A DNA stretch of 64,000 nt from Acidobacteriaceae bacterium (GCA_035945555.1 DASZAG010000131.1:6898-70897), one strand, 5' to 3'. Shown: positions 18,135-28,296, numbered from the stretch's first letter. Notes: generated from the letters alone by a model not told the origin. Program-made: numbers and translations.

Positions 18135-19184
18135 ATGTTGCTCGAAGGCATTTTCCCGGCCGCGACCACACCGTTTTATCCAGACGGACGCGTTTACACG
18201 AAGAAACTCGAACACAATGTGGAGCGCTATTCTCTTACGCCAGTAGCGGGGCTTGTGATTCTGGGCTCGACCGGCGAAGCTGTAATGCTTAATGACGACG
18301 ACACGCGGCATGTGCTGAGAGCAGCGCGGGAAGCGGCGGCTCCTGATAAAGTGCTAATCGCGGGCGTGGCGCGAGAGAGCGTGGCAGAGACATTGCGCCT
18401 GGCCGAGTACGCAGCGGAGCAGAATTATGATGCGGTGCTGGTTCGGACGCCGCAATTCTATGCTCCCCAGATGGACGGGGCCGCGATGCTCACCTACTAT
18501 CGGGCGCTGGCGGACCGCTCGCCTCTGCCGGTAGTGATCTACAGCATCCCAAAGTTTACCCGCTACGAGATTCCGGTGGAAGTGGTGGCGGAGCTGGCGC
18601 AGCACCAGAACATTGTCGGCATTAAAGACTCGAGCGGCAGCGTGGAACGAATTGCCGCGCTGGTTGCCGCGACGCGCAACGCGCCGCGCAGGCAGGCGGA
18701 TGTGACCCCGGTGTTCACGGCGTACACAACGCGAATGATGCTGGCGCAGACAATGGCGCAGAGCAACTTTGTCGCGACAGAGGCGCTGGCCGGCCCTGTG
18801 GCGGTGGCTCCTCCAGTGCAGACGAAGATGACGCGGCGGAAGGAAGTGGGATTTCAGGTGCTGACCGGATCGGCGGTGCAGTTGTATGACTCGCTGCAGG
18901 CGGGCGCCAGCGGTGGCGTGTTGGCGATGGCCGCATGCGCTCCACAGGCTTGCCAGGAGATTTACACGGCGTGGAGAGAAAATGATCCCAAGCTAGCGGC
19001 GATTAAGCAGCAGCGCATGGCTGTGCCGTCCGCCGTTGTGCTGGCGAAGTATGGGGTGCCAGGTATCAAGCACGCGTGCGATTTGAATGGATATTTTGGC
19101 GGGCGTCCGCGGCTGCCACTCCTTGCGCTGGATGCGCAACAACAGGCTGAAGTGGCGAATGCGATGAGAGACGTGAAGAACTAG
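18135..19184 (+). CDS. Dihydrodipicolinate synthase / N-acetylneuraminate lyase family aldolase
   Basis: DHDPS-family blocks are present: TTPFYPDG, LGSTGEAVMLNDDD, VVIYSIPKFT and IVGIKDSSG (Schiff-base Lys context). The exact substrate cannot be assigned. Confidence 0.75.
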   Translation: MLLEGIFPAATTPFYPDGRVYTKKLEHNVERYSLTPVAGLVILGSTGEAVMLNDDDTRHVLRAAREAAAPDKVLIAGVARESVAETLRLAEYAAEQNYDAVLVRTPQFYAPQMDGAAMLTYYRALADRSPLPVVIYSIPKFTRYEIPVEVVAELAQHQNIVGIKDSSGSVERIAALVAATRNAPRRQADVTPVFTAYTTRMMLAQTMAQSNFVATEALAGPVAVAPPVQTKMTRRKEVGFQVLTGSAVQLYDSLQAGASGGVLAMAACAPQACQEIYTAWRENDPKLAAIKQQRMAVPSAVVLAKYGVPGIKHACDLNGYFGGRPRLPLLALDAQQQAEVANAMRDVKN

Positions 19185-19370
19185 CGTAAATCGCTTCTCT
19201 TCCCTTGTTTCCATTCGCGCATGAATTCATGCAGTTCGAGCGCGTATCCAGCCAGTAACGCGCAAAAGGCGAATTAGATGGCCTCACGCGACTATAATTA
19301 AGTCTCAGAACGGGCGGTTCGATACGCTCAACCCAAGTTCAACTTACTTATTTGAAGGGAATCCCGCCAC

Positions 19371-21248
19371 ATGGCGACAGGACACGCTGCCCTCGACAGC
19401 GCCGGCGTTGAAGCCGGGCAGCAGGTTTCAGGCAAAACAGATCATTCCGGGGCTGAACGCAAGCCCGTCGTAAACGACTTCAGCATTCAGGTAGCCACGG
19501 TCAACGGATCGGGCTCGCAGTCCGCGAATAGCGTGTTGCTTCGCAGCATTTTCGGAATGGGCATTCCGGTAAGCGGTAAAAACCTGTTCCCGTCGAACAT
19601 TGCGGGCCTGCCCACCTGGTACACCATTCGCGCCAGCAAGCATGGTTACATCGCACGCAGAAAAGAAATTGACGTTCTCGTTGCGATGAATGCCGAGACG
19701 GCCAAGGACGACATTATGTCGCTCCAACCGGGCTCGGTTGCTATTTACGAAGAGTCCGCGAATCTGAAGCAGTATCGCGATGACGTGATCTGCTATCCCG
19801 TTCCCTTTGACAAGATCACCGCCGCGGTTTGTCCGGAAGCCAAACTGCGCAAGTTGGTGAAGAACATGATCTACGTCGGCGTGGTGGCAAAGCTCATCTC
19901 GCTGGACCTGAAGGTCGTAGAAGCAGCACTGCGGAGGCAGTTCGCCAAGAAGCAGAAAGCCGCCGACCTGAACTGGGGAGCTGTCGAAGCGGGATATAAA
20001 TTCGCGAGCGAGTCGCTGACCAAGCACGATCCGTTCACGTTGGAGCGGATGCACGCAACGGAAGGAAAGATCATTATCGACGGCAATGCCGCCGCAGCAC
20101 TGGGCGCGATGTTTGCAGGCGTCACGGTGGTGACGTGGTATCCCATTACGCCATCGTCTTCGGTAGTGGAGCAATTGATCGACTACCTGAAGAAGTACCG
20201 CATTGAGCCGGACGGCAAGGCGAGCTTCGCGGTGGTTCAAGCTGAAGACGAATTGGCAGCAGTTGGAATGGTGCTGGGCGCGGGCTGGGCTGGAGCGCGG
20301 TCGATGACGGCGACTTCGGGTCCCGGCATTTCGCTGATGGCGGAGTTTGTGGGGTTGGGCTACTTTACGGAATTGCCCGGCGTGATCTTCGATATTCAGC
20401 GCGTCGGCCCCTCGACGGGATTACCGACGCGTACCTCTCAGGCCGATCTGCTCTCGATTGCATACCTTTCGCATGGCGATACCAAACATGTAATGCTGCT
20501 GCCCGGCAGCGTAAAGGAATGCTACGAATTCGCGATTGCGGCATTTGATCTCACAGAGCGTTTGCAGACCCCTGTGTTTGTGCTTTCGGATCTCGACCTC
20601 GGCATGAACAACTGGATGTCCGAGCCGTTTGAGTACCCTGAAAAGCCGCTTGACCGTGGCAAGGTTCTGACCGCAGAAGATCTGACGCGCCTGGGTGGCT
20701 TTGCCCGCTACAAGGATGTGGATGGCGACGCGATTCCCTACCGCACGCTGCCGGGGACGGACCATCCTCAAGCTGCCTATTTTGTGCGCGGCAGTGGGCA
20801 TAACGAGAAGGCGCTCTACACCGAGAAGCCGGAGGATTACCAGAACCTGATGGAGCGTCTGGCGCGTAAGTTTGAGACCGCTCGCACGCTGGTTCCGAAA
20901 CCCGTAGTGGTGCAGACGGGTAAGTCGAAGGTGGGAATCATCGCCTTTGGCACGTCAGACTACGCCGTGGTTGAGAGTCGCGACCAGCTCAAGACGGAAT
21001 ACGGTGTCGAGACGGACTATCTCCGGATTCGCGCTTTCCCCTTTACCAAGGAAATTCACGAATTTGTTGCGTCGCATGACCGCGTTTACGTTGTGGAGCA
21101 AAACCGAGACGCGCAGATGCATACGCTGTTGAAGTTGGATTTGCCTGTGGCCGACGCCGTAAAGCTGCGGAGCATTTTGCACTTTAACGGCCTGCCCATT
21201 GATGCGCGGTCGGTAACTGACGCGTTTGTACTTGAGGAGAATTTGTAA
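19371..21248 (+). CDS. korA: 2-oxoacid:ferredoxin oxidoreductase, fused gamma/alpha subunit
   Basis: The N-terminal gamma-like domain contains VATVNGSGSQSANSVL. The alpha domain contains GNAAAALGAMFAG..TWYPITPSS and EDELAAVGMVLGAGWAGARSMTATSGPGISLM. It is translationally coupled to the beta subunit. Confidence 0.85.
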   Translation: MATGHAALDSAGVEAGQQVSGKTDHSGAERKPVVNDFSIQVATVNGSGSQSANSVLLRSIFGMGIPVSGKNLFPSNIAGLPTWYTIRASKHGYIARRKEIDVLVAMNAETAKDDIMSLQPGSVAIYEESANLKQYRDDVICYPVPFDKITAAVCPEAKLRKLVKNMIYVGVVAKLISLDLKVVEAALRRQFAKKQKAADLNWGAVEAGYKFASESLTKHDPFTLERMHATEGKIIIDGNAAAALGAMFAGVTVVTWYPITPSSSVVEQLIDYLKKYRIEPDGKASFAVVQAEDELAAVGMVLGAGWAGARSMTATSGPGISLMAEFVGLGYFTELPGVIFDIQRVGPSTGLPTRTSQADLLSIAYLSHGDTKHVMLLPGSVKECYEFAIAAFDLTERLQTPVFVLSDLDLGMNNWMSEPFEYPEKPLDRGKVLTAEDLTRLGGFARYKDVDGDAIPYRTLPGTDHPQAAYFVRGSGHNEKALYTEKPEDYQNLMERLARKFETARTLVPKPVVVQTGKSKVGIIAFGTSDYAVVESRDQLKTEYGVETDYLRIRAFPFTKEIHEFVASHDRVYVVEQNRDAQMHTLLKLDLPVADAVKLRSILHFNGLPIDARSVTDAFVLEENL

Positions 21249-22288
21249 TGGCCACCGCTACCGCCCCCAACCCTAAAATCAACCGCCTGGGCCTGCCGAT
21301 TCTCGATTACCGCGGCAGCAAGACGACTTTGTGTGCCGGCTGCGGTCACAACGCCATATCAGAGCGCATTGTGGATGCGTTCTACGAAATGGGCGTGAAA
21401 TCAGAACGAGTGATGAAGCTTTCCGGCATCGGCTGCTCGTCAAAGAGTCCGGCATACTTCCTTTCGCGCTCGCATGGTTTCAACAGCGTACATGGACGCA
21501 TGCCTTCTGTAGCCACCGGCGCTCTATTGGCGAATAAGACCATGCAGGCCATTGGCGTTTCGGGAGACGGAGACACGGCTTCAATCGGAATGGGCCAGTT
21601 CGCACACCTCATGCGGCGCAATCTACCGCTGATCTACATCATTGAGGACAATGGAGTGTACGGGCTCACCAAGGGCCAGTTCTCTGCGACGGCGGACATC
21701 GGCTCGAAACTGAAGACCGGCGTCATTAATGATCTTCCAGCGATCGACACCTGCGCGCTTGCAATCCAATTGGGCGCTACCTTCGTGGGCCGTTCTTTCT
21801 CTGGCGATAAGAAGCAGCTGCTAGCAATGTTGAAGGCGGCCATCGCGCATAAGGGTACAGTGATGCTCGACGTGATTTCGCCATGTGTGACTTTCAATGA
21901 CCACGAAGGCTCGACCAAGAGCTACAAGTACATGCAGGAACACGAGGAAGCGATCAGCGAAGTAGGCTTCGTGCCGCACTTTGAAGACATTGCCATCGAA
22001 TACGACGCCGGCACAACCTACGATGTGAAGATGCATGACGGCTCGCACCTACGCTTACGCAAGCTGCGCGACGACTACAATCCGAACGACCCCGTAGCTG
22101 CCGTGAAGGCCTTGATGGAGGCGCACCGTAAAGGCGAAGTCCTGACCGGAGTGTTCTACCTGGATACGGAGAAGCCGAGTTTTACCGATCAGCTCAACAT
22201 GGTGGACGATCCTTTGGCGACTCTGCCGCAGGAACGCACACGCCCCTCAAAGGAAGTGCTCGCCGATATCATGAAACGCTTGCAGTAG
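21248..22288 (+). CDS. korB: 2-oxoacid:ferredoxin oxidoreductase, beta (TPP-binding) subunit
   Basis: Matching blocks are LCAGCGHNAI, the GDGDTASIG TPP motif and YIIEDNGVYGLTKGQ. Its start overlaps the korA stop (TAATG). Confidence 0.85.
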   Translation: MATATAPNPKINRLGLPILDYRGSKTTLCAGCGHNAISERIVDAFYEMGVKSERVMKLSGIGCSSKSPAYFLSRSHGFNSVHGRMPSVATGALLANKTMQAIGVSGDGDTASIGMGQFAHLMRRNLPLIYIIEDNGVYGLTKGQFSATADIGSKLKTGVINDLPAIDTCALAIQLGATFVGRSFSGDKKQLLAMLKAAIAHKGTVMLDVISPCVTFNDHEGSTKSYKYMQEHEEAISEVGFVPHFEDIAIEYDAGTTYDVKMHDGSHLRLRKLRDDYNPNDPVAAVKALMEAHRKGEVLTGVFYLDTEKPSFTDQLNMVDDPLATLPQERTRPSKEVLADIMKRLQ

Positions 22289-22314
22289 GTCTTCTCAGAG
22301 TCTGGGCGATAACG

Positions 22315-22349
22315 AAAGGCGCATGTCTCACCAGACATGCGCCTTTTGC
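22315..22349 (+). terminator. Rho-independent terminator after korB
   Basis: 13-bp perfect stem AAGGCGCATGTCT-CACC-AGACATGCGCCTT, followed by TTGCA. Confidence 0.7.
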
Positions 22350-22383
22350 ATCTAAATCCACGAATCGAAAGGAAGAGACCTCC

Positions 22384-22938
22384 ATGCGCCGCTCCCCCCG
22401 TTCGCATCAACCGATTCATCGCTTCCCTTTCCGGATTGCTCTGCTGCTGGCCTGCATGGTCGGCTTTGCTCTGCCCGGCAGGGCGCAAACCGGAGTCTAT
22501 GCCATGTTCAGCGCATCTGACTTCCAAACGCCAAACGTTAGCCGGCAGTACGGACCGACGTTTGGGGTTTATCACGATATGTGGAGCCTTCCGGTCGTTC
22601 ATGCCGGAGTCGATCTGCGTGCCACGCTTCTCGGGTCTGGATCGACAAAGGCATATACGGGGATGATCGGCCCGAAACTACAGCTCCATCCACATGTGCT
22701 TCCGTTAATGCCCTACGTAGAGGGACTGGTAGGCGCTGGCGACGTGCAGGTGGGAGAAGGCGTAGCCGTAATCGACAAGACGGCAATCGCCTATGAGGGC
22801 GTGGCCGGCGTGGACTGGACGATCCTGCCTCGCATCGACTGGCGTGTAGTGGAATTCGCTGCAGGAGGCTTCTCAAGCTTGAATGCCAGCGTTTCACCCC
22901 GAACTCTGAGCACGGGGCTGGTGGTACGACTGCCTTGA
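22384..22938 (+). CDS. Secreted hypothetical protein, possibly a small outer-membrane beta-barrel
   Basis: The signal peptide ends ALPGRAQT. The 160-aa mature part has alternating hydrophobic/aromatic beta-strand-like patterns and Gly-rich turns. No diagnostic motif was seen. Confidence 0.4.
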   Translation: MRRSPRSHQPIHRFPFRIALLLACMVGFALPGRAQTGVYAMFSASDFQTPNVSRQYGPTFGVYHDMWSLPVVHAGVDLRATLLGSGSTKAYTGMIGPKLQLHPHVLPLMPYVEGLVGAGDVQVGEGVAVIDKTAIAYEGVAGVDWTILPRIDWRVVEFAAGGFSSLNASVSPRTLSTGLVVRLP

Positions 22939-22965
22939 TTTAGATTGCTCACGCAACAAGACTCC

Positions 22966-22994
22966 AAGCCACCTCAAAAGGGTGGGCTTTTTCT
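22966..22994 (+). terminator. Rho-independent terminator
   Basis: Hairpin AAGCCACC-TCAAAAG-GGTGGGCTT (one bulge), followed by TTTTCTT. Confidence 0.6.
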
Positions 22995-23069
22995 TGCGTA
23001 GAACTAGAACAATTAACCAGAATGATAGAGTAGAGTCCAGTACATCGCTTTAGTTCTGGAGATTCTGCC

Positions 23070-24536
23070 TTGTTTCTTGGCCTCGATATCGGCACTGGCG
23101 GCACGCGCGCCGTACTGGTTAACTCGCGAGGCACATTGGTGGCCTCGGCATCGTGCGAGCATGCTCCTTTTCGCAGCCCCAGGCCAGGATGGGCAGAACA
23201 GGATCCTGAAGACTGGTGGCGAGCCGCAAGAGAGGCTATCCGCGAAGTCGTCGCCGCCAGCGGTGCCCGGATTGACGCCGTTGGGCTGACCGGCCAGATG
23301 CACGGTGCAGTCATGCTTGATAGTGCTGGCGAGGTATTGCGGCCGTCCCTGATTTGGTGCGACCAACGCACGGATGCCGAGTGTGAGTGGCTGCACAAAG
23401 AGATCGGACGCGAGCGCCTGATTGAGTTGACCGCGAATCCCGCGCTGCCCAACTTTACGCTCACGAAATTATTGTGGGTTCGGAATCACGAGCCGGAAAC
23501 CTTTGCGCGCATTGCACACGTGCTCTGCCCCAAGGACTACGTGCGCTATCGCCTGACCGGAACCTACGCCATGGATGTGCAAGAAGCTTCGGGCACGCTG
23601 CTGCTGGACGTGGCCCACCGACTCTGGTCGAGCGAAGTGGCGCGGGCTGCGGGGATACCGGAATCGTGGCTACCACAGTTGTTTGAGTCCCAGGAGGTCT
23701 GCGCGAAGATATCCAGGGAGGCTTCCGAGATGACGGGCCTGTCGGCCGGAACACCGGTTGTGGCCGGAGCCGGCGATCAGGGGGCTGGCGCGGTCGGAAT
23801 GGGAATCCTGGAACCGGGATCCGTGTCGGCTACCATCGGCACATCCGGGGTAGTATTTGCTGCAACCGCCGCTCCCACCCGCGATCCGCAGGGACGATTG
23901 CATACGTTTTGCCATGCGGTGCCAAGACGCTGGCATGTGATGGGGGTAACGCAGGCGGCTGGGCTCTCGCTGCGATGGCTGCGCGATACGATTGCTCCGG
24001 GCGCGGACTACCACGAACTCACGGCGGAGGCGGGTCAGGTTCCGGCGGGCAGTGATGGCCTCCTCTGGACACCGTATCTGCTAGGCGAACGCACGCCGCA
24101 TTTGGACTCGCAGGCGCGCGCGGCTTTTGTGGGGCTTACGGCGGGCCATTCGCGTGGGCACCTGGTGCGCGCCGTACTTGAAGGCGTGGCGTATTCGCTC
24201 AAGGATACTTTGACCCTATTCGAGGAATTGGGGATTCCGGTAAACGGAGTTCGACTCGGCGGAGGCGGTGCCCGAGGGGCGCTGTGGCGCGAGGTCCAGG
24301 CTTCGATCTACAACTACCCTTGCGACGTATTAGTGGCCGAGGAGGGTGCTGCTTTCGGGGCCGCGCTGCTCGCAGGAGTGGGCGTCGGCAGCTGGGAGAA
24401 CCTCGATTCCGCCTGCGCGGTTGCGATTGAAGTGGCGCAGCAGATTAAGCCAGACGCGGACGCCAAAGAGCAATACGCTAGCGGATACAAGGCCTACCGG
24501 AAGATTTATCCCGCGTTGAGGGGCATCTACGGTTAA
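23070..24536 (+). CDS. xylB: Xylulokinase (FGGY family)
   Basis: TTG start. Matching blocks are LGLDIGTGGTRAVL, GWAEQDPEDWW, GLTGQMHGAVMLD..LRPSLIWCDQR and GGGARGALWREV. Confidence 0.85.
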   Translation: MFLGLDIGTGGTRAVLVNSRGTLVASASCEHAPFRSPRPGWAEQDPEDWWRAAREAIREVVAASGARIDAVGLTGQMHGAVMLDSAGEVLRPSLIWCDQRTDAECEWLHKEIGRERLIELTANPALPNFTLTKLLWVRNHEPETFARIAHVLCPKDYVRYRLTGTYAMDVQEASGTLLLDVAHRLWSSEVARAAGIPESWLPQLFESQEVCAKISREASEMTGLSAGTPVVAGAGDQGAGAVGMGILEPGSVSATIGTSGVVFAATAAPTRDPQGRLHTFCHAVPRRWHVMGVTQAAGLSLRWLRDTIAPGADYHELTAEAGQVPAGSDGLLWTPYLLGERTPHLDSQARAAFVGLTAGHSRGHLVRAVLEGVAYSLKDTLTLFEELGIPVNGVRLGGGGARGALWREVQASIYNYPCDVLVAEEGAAFGAALLAGVGVGSWENLDSACAVAIEVAQQIKPDADAKEQYASGYKAYRKIYPALRGIYG

Positions 24537-24545
24537 TGTAGAGGG

Positions 24546-25172
24546 GTGATCCTCTACATCGCCACCAGCAATCCGGGCAAGCTGCGAGACTTTGCGATCG
24601 CGACCAAAGAGCTCAATGTGGAGTTGCAACCCTTGCCCGGCTTGACCAGGATTCCGGCTCCGGTGGAAGATGCGCCGACTTTCGATGGCAATGCCCGCGC
24701 CAAAGCAACCTACTACAGCGGCTATGCCCCAGACCAAATTGTGATTGCTGACGATTCCGGGTTGGAAGTGGACGCGCTTGGCGGAGAGCCGGGAGTGCGC
24801 TCTGCGCGTTATGCGCAGGACGCGGGGTTTACGTCCGACAAGCCTGTTTCTGCGGATGAGAGAAACAATCTCTACTTGCTTTCGCGGCTACATGCAGTTC
24901 GGCAGGAAAAGCGCGGAGCGCGATACCGCTGCGTGCTGGCTGGCGCGCGCAATGGTGTGAGTCTGTACACCGGCGAGGGATCAGTGGAGGGCGAGATTCT
25001 GACATCACCGCGAGGCGAAGGCGGATTCGGGTACGACCCGCTGTTCTATTTGCCTTCACTTGAACAGACGATGGCGGAAATCGATCTCACAACAAAGGAC
25101 GGCCTGAGCCACCGTGGGCGGGCGCTACGCAATCTGTTATTTGCGATGTACGCTGCGCGCGCCCCGCGATAA
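24546..25172 (+). CDS. rdgB: Non-canonical purine NTP pyrophosphatase (RdgB/HAM1)
   Basis: Matching blocks are ILYIATSNPGKLRDF, ADDSGLEVDALGGEPGVRSARY, GFGYDPLF and SHRGRAL. Confidence 0.9.
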   Translation: MILYIATSNPGKLRDFAIATKELNVELQPLPGLTRIPAPVEDAPTFDGNARAKATYYSGYAPDQIVIADDSGLEVDALGGEPGVRSARYAQDAGFTSDKPVSADERNNLYLLSRLHAVRQEKRGARYRCVLAGARNGVSLYTGEGSVEGEILTSPRGEGGFGYDPLFYLPSLEQTMAEIDLTTKDGLSHRGRALRNLLFAMYAARAPR

Positions 25173-25181
25173 GCTGATTGC

Positions 25182-25796
25182 TTACTGGGACTGCGTTTTT
25201 GCCGGCAATTCCCCTATGGCGATATCCATTTCGGTTCCTCCGGATAGGCGGACGTTTCTTCCGCTGGACTGGAAGATCCCAGAATAGGACTGATCGACGT
25301 CACTCTGCAGCGTGACTCCGTTAACGCCGTCGGCTCCGGACTGAGAATCCGCGGGAGCAGCCGAGCTTGGACTGACGCTTGTTCCCGAGTCGCCGCCCGC
25401 GACTGAGGCAAAAGGAGAGACAAGCGCGTGAAGCTTCATGATCGTGGCCTTGATGGGGATGACTTTCCCATCCTTTAAAACTGCCTTATCGAGAGTGACC
25501 TGGATTAACGAGTCGCTTTTCTTTTCCGAGGGCTGCACGCGGTCAACGTGGCCCGAGAGGACTGTGTTGCGCGGCAAAATGGTCCCGTCTTGAAACTTCC
25601 CGTCATACATGAGTTTTGCTGCGACCGGGTCGTTGACCTTCGTCTTCTTCGCGTCCAGGGTTTTGGACAGGTTGGCTCGCACCATGACCATCTTGACTGT
25701 TTGGGTAGTTACCGTATCCTGCGCGTGCGAGAGTGCTGGAACGGCAACAACGGCGGCGATTGCGAAAAACAGAAGACCACTTCGCGAACGATTCAA
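25182..25796 (-). CDS. Secreted hypothetical protein
   Basis: The start was trimmed to the TTG at 25796, which has GGAGG 8 nt upstream. The signal is LNRSRSGLLFFAIAAVVAVPALSHAQ. The longer 254-aa ORF would overlap the upstream region of the GH127 gene. Confidence 0.5.
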   Translation of the reverse strand: MNRSRSGLLFFAIAAVVAVPALSHAQDTVTTQTVKMVMVRANLSKTLDAKKTKVNDPVAAKLMYDGKFQDGTILPRNTVLSGHVDRVQPSEKKSDSLIQVTLDKAVLKDGKVIPIKATIMKLHALVSPFASVAGGDSGTSVSPSSAAPADSQSGADGVNGVTLQSDVDQSYSGIFQSSGRNVRLSGGTEMDIAIGELPAKTQSQ

Positions 25797-25977
25797 AGGA
25801 GAGCCTCCATCTTGCCCGGCAATTATCTCAAGTGAAAGGCGGATTCTCAATTGCAAAAATGCTTGCGCGCGGGAAAGAGTGTTATCGTGGAGTCCGAAAG
25901 CAAACGTGACCTGCTGTGAAACGGAAAAACGTTCACAAAGGGGCATTGCTGGTCGAAATCCCTACTGTGAAAATGGT

Positions 25978-28089
25978 ATGACTCAGGACAAAGAGACTCT
26001 TTCAAATCTGTCTGCGCACGAATCGCATTTCTCCTCTCATCAAGACAAAATCAGCCACAACCATGACCTAAGTCGCCGGGATTTTCTGCGCGTGGCAGCG
26101 ATGAGCTCTGCCCTGCTGCTCGCGTCAAAACGCGGATTCGCGTTAACAGATCCTGCGGCAAAGACCAGCACCTATTCGGCATTTGATGAACTGGCTCCCG
26201 GATCCGTGACGCCCGAGGGTTGGCTGCGCGTCTACATGCAGAAGCAAGCCGCCCAATTGGGTTCACATCTGCCTGATGTCTCATGGCCGTTTACCTCACC
26301 GTACTGGAATGGTGAAGAAGAGGGAGAATCCTGGTGGCCATGGGAGCAGAAGGCTTATTGGATTGATGGCGCAACTCGACTCGCCATCGTAATGGACGAC
26401 CAGGCGCTGATGGATCGCGTGCTAAAGAGCATAAATTTCACCCTCGACCATCCGGGACCGAATGGTTACTTAGGCCCTATGTTTTTTGAAGACCCCAACG
26501 AGGATTTCCATCGGTGGCCGCAGAACGTGTTCTTCCGCAGCCTGATGGCAACTTCAGAGGCGAAGGCGGATAGCGACCGGGACATTGTCGCGGCAATGGT
26601 GAAGCACTACCTCTCCGATCCGGCGGACTATGGAGTACCCACGCGCAATGTCACAAACATTGAAGAAATACTGTGGTGTTATGAGCAGAGCGGCGATGCG
26701 CGCCTGCTTGCGAAAGCGGAGAAGGCCTGGCGGGACTATCTAATGAAGGCGTCAGATCCCGATCACGGCGACTTGTCGTTGCTGCGCGTGTACGCGAATA
26801 CACCGATCAACGCGCACGGAGTGACTTATGCAGAGACCTCCAAGTTGCCAGCCATTCTCTATAACCACACAGGGAACCCAGAGTACTTGCGTTTTGCGTT
26901 GGCGGCACAGCGTCGGATTTTTGATCACCATATGCTGATCGATGGCATCCCCTCGACCTCCGAGTGGTTCCGCACGCGGACCTCTCTGGATTCCCACGAG
27001 ACGTGCGACATCACCGATCACACCTGGTCGTGGGGGTACCTGCTGATGGCAACTGGAGACGGCGTGTGGGGAGATCGAATTGAGCGAGCATGCTTCAACG
27101 CGGCTCCAGGAGCGATAAAGAATGACTGGAAAGCGTTACAGTATTTTTCTTGCCCAAACCAATTCCTCGCGACGATGGATTCCGACCACAATGTAATGGA
27201 GCACGGCGGCTACATGATGGCGTATCAGCCGAATCCTGGGCAACGCACGGCGTGCTGCGGAGGCAACGTTCATCGATTCTTGCCGAACTACGTTATTCGC
27301 ATGTGGATGCGTGGCGAAGGTGGCGGGGTGGTGGCCACTCTCTACGGGCCGTCCAAGCTGAACACCGTAGCAGGGCCGGATCAGGTACCCATCGAGATTG
27401 TCCAGTCCACAGATTATCCCTTTGAAGAACGAATCAACTTCACCTTCAACAGCAAGCAAGCTGTCACGTTTCCCTTATCCTTGCGGATTCCGGCGTGGTG
27501 CAGCGAGCCAGAGGTCGCCGTCAACGGCGTGCCCGTAAAGAATCCTGCCGTAAGCAAGGGCTTTATCACTCTGAGGCGCAGGTTCAAGCCGGGCGACAAG
27601 ATTATGCTGTCGTTGCCGATGAGGCTTGCCGTTTCCAGATGGCCGGAGAGCGGGATCGCTCTTGAACATGGGCCGCTCGTCTACTCATTGCCCATCAAGG
27701 AGACATGGGCGCCCGTTGTCCAGCCAAAATACACAACTGCCGAGTTTCCTGCCTGGAATGCGATGCCAGCAAGCGATTGGAATTATGGGCTTCTGCTGAA
27801 GCAGTCAGATCTTGACGGCCAGATAAAGATACAGCGGCAGGCGATGACGGATGATCCATGGAGCAAGCCGCCGATTACACTGTCGGTTCCGGCAAAGAAG
27901 ATCGACGGCTGGGAACTGCTCGCGAATCCGGACAAACCGGGGCAGAAGTTTACCCCTCCATTGCCCGACCTTAGCGTGGCCAAAGTGAATGAAACCACCG
28001 AGACGGTTGCGCTAATTCCCTACGGCGCGACGAAGCTGCGGGTAACGATCTTTCCTGACCTGAACGATACCGAGCGACCGGACGCTTAA
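25978..28089 (+). CDS. Glycoside hydrolase family 127-like (beta-L-arabinofuranosidase / DUF1680) with Tat signal
   Basis: The start was trimmed to the ATG at 25978. The Tat motif is SRRDFLRVAAMSSALLLASKRGFA. HETCD (Glu-x-Cys) and ACCGGNVHR (Cys-Cys) match the Zn/Cys catalytic arrangement known for HypBA1-type GH127 enzymes. Confidence 0.7.
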   Translation: MTQDKETLSNLSAHESHFSSHQDKISHNHDLSRRDFLRVAAMSSALLLASKRGFALTDPAAKTSTYSAFDELAPGSVTPEGWLRVYMQKQAAQLGSHLPDVSWPFTSPYWNGEEEGESWWPWEQKAYWIDGATRLAIVMDDQALMDRVLKSINFTLDHPGPNGYLGPMFFEDPNEDFHRWPQNVFFRSLMATSEAKADSDRDIVAAMVKHYLSDPADYGVPTRNVTNIEEILWCYEQSGDARLLAKAEKAWRDYLMKASDPDHGDLSLLRVYANTPINAHGVTYAETSKLPAILYNHTGNPEYLRFALAAQRRIFDHHMLIDGIPSTSEWFRTRTSLDSHETCDITDHTWSWGYLLMATGDGVWGDRIERACFNAAPGAIKNDWKALQYFSCPNQFLATMDSDHNVMEHGGYMMAYQPNPGQRTACCGGNVHRFLPNYVIRMWMRGEGGGVVATLYGPSKLNTVAGPDQVPIEIVQSTDYPFEERINFTFNSKQAVTFPLSLRIPAWCSEPEVAVNGVPVKNPAVSKGFITLRRRFKPGDKIMLSLPMRLAVSRWPESGIALEHGPLVYSLPIKETWAPVVQPKYTTAEFPAWNAMPASDWNYGLLLKQSDLDGQIKIQRQAMTDDPWSKPPITLSVPAKKIDGWELLANPDKPGQKFTPPLPDLSVAKVNETTETVALIPYGATKLRVTIFPDLNDTERPDA

Positions 28090-28111
28090 AGCTGATCCTT
28101 GGTCGTTACTT

Positions 28112-28147
28112 CGCCGCCGCTTCGCGTTCGATGCGGCGCGGTTTCTT
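28112..28147 (+). terminator. Rho-independent terminator after the GH127 gene
   Basis: GC-rich stem CGCCGC...GCGGCG (28115-28120 / 28133-28138), followed by GTTTCTT. Confidence 0.5.
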
Positions 28148-28296
28148 GACGCTTGCCGCTTGACGAACGAATAATGGGTATTGATGCTTCCGATTCAGCG
28201 GCAGAAGCATCTGCCCACCGCTGATTCCATGTTCACCGTTAAATACAAGAGGACCAAAGCGCAAATGCTTCATCTCAGCAAGGCTTGGAACATCCA

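Noticed and set aside
25609-25977. A 123-aa N-terminal extension of the GH127 ORF, and the reciprocal extension (25797-25946) of the minus-strand secreted protein.
   Set aside because: The two extensions overlap each other. The GH127 Tat signal begins right after the ATG at 25978. The minus-strand protein has a signal peptide right after a TTG at 25796 with a GGAGG RBS.
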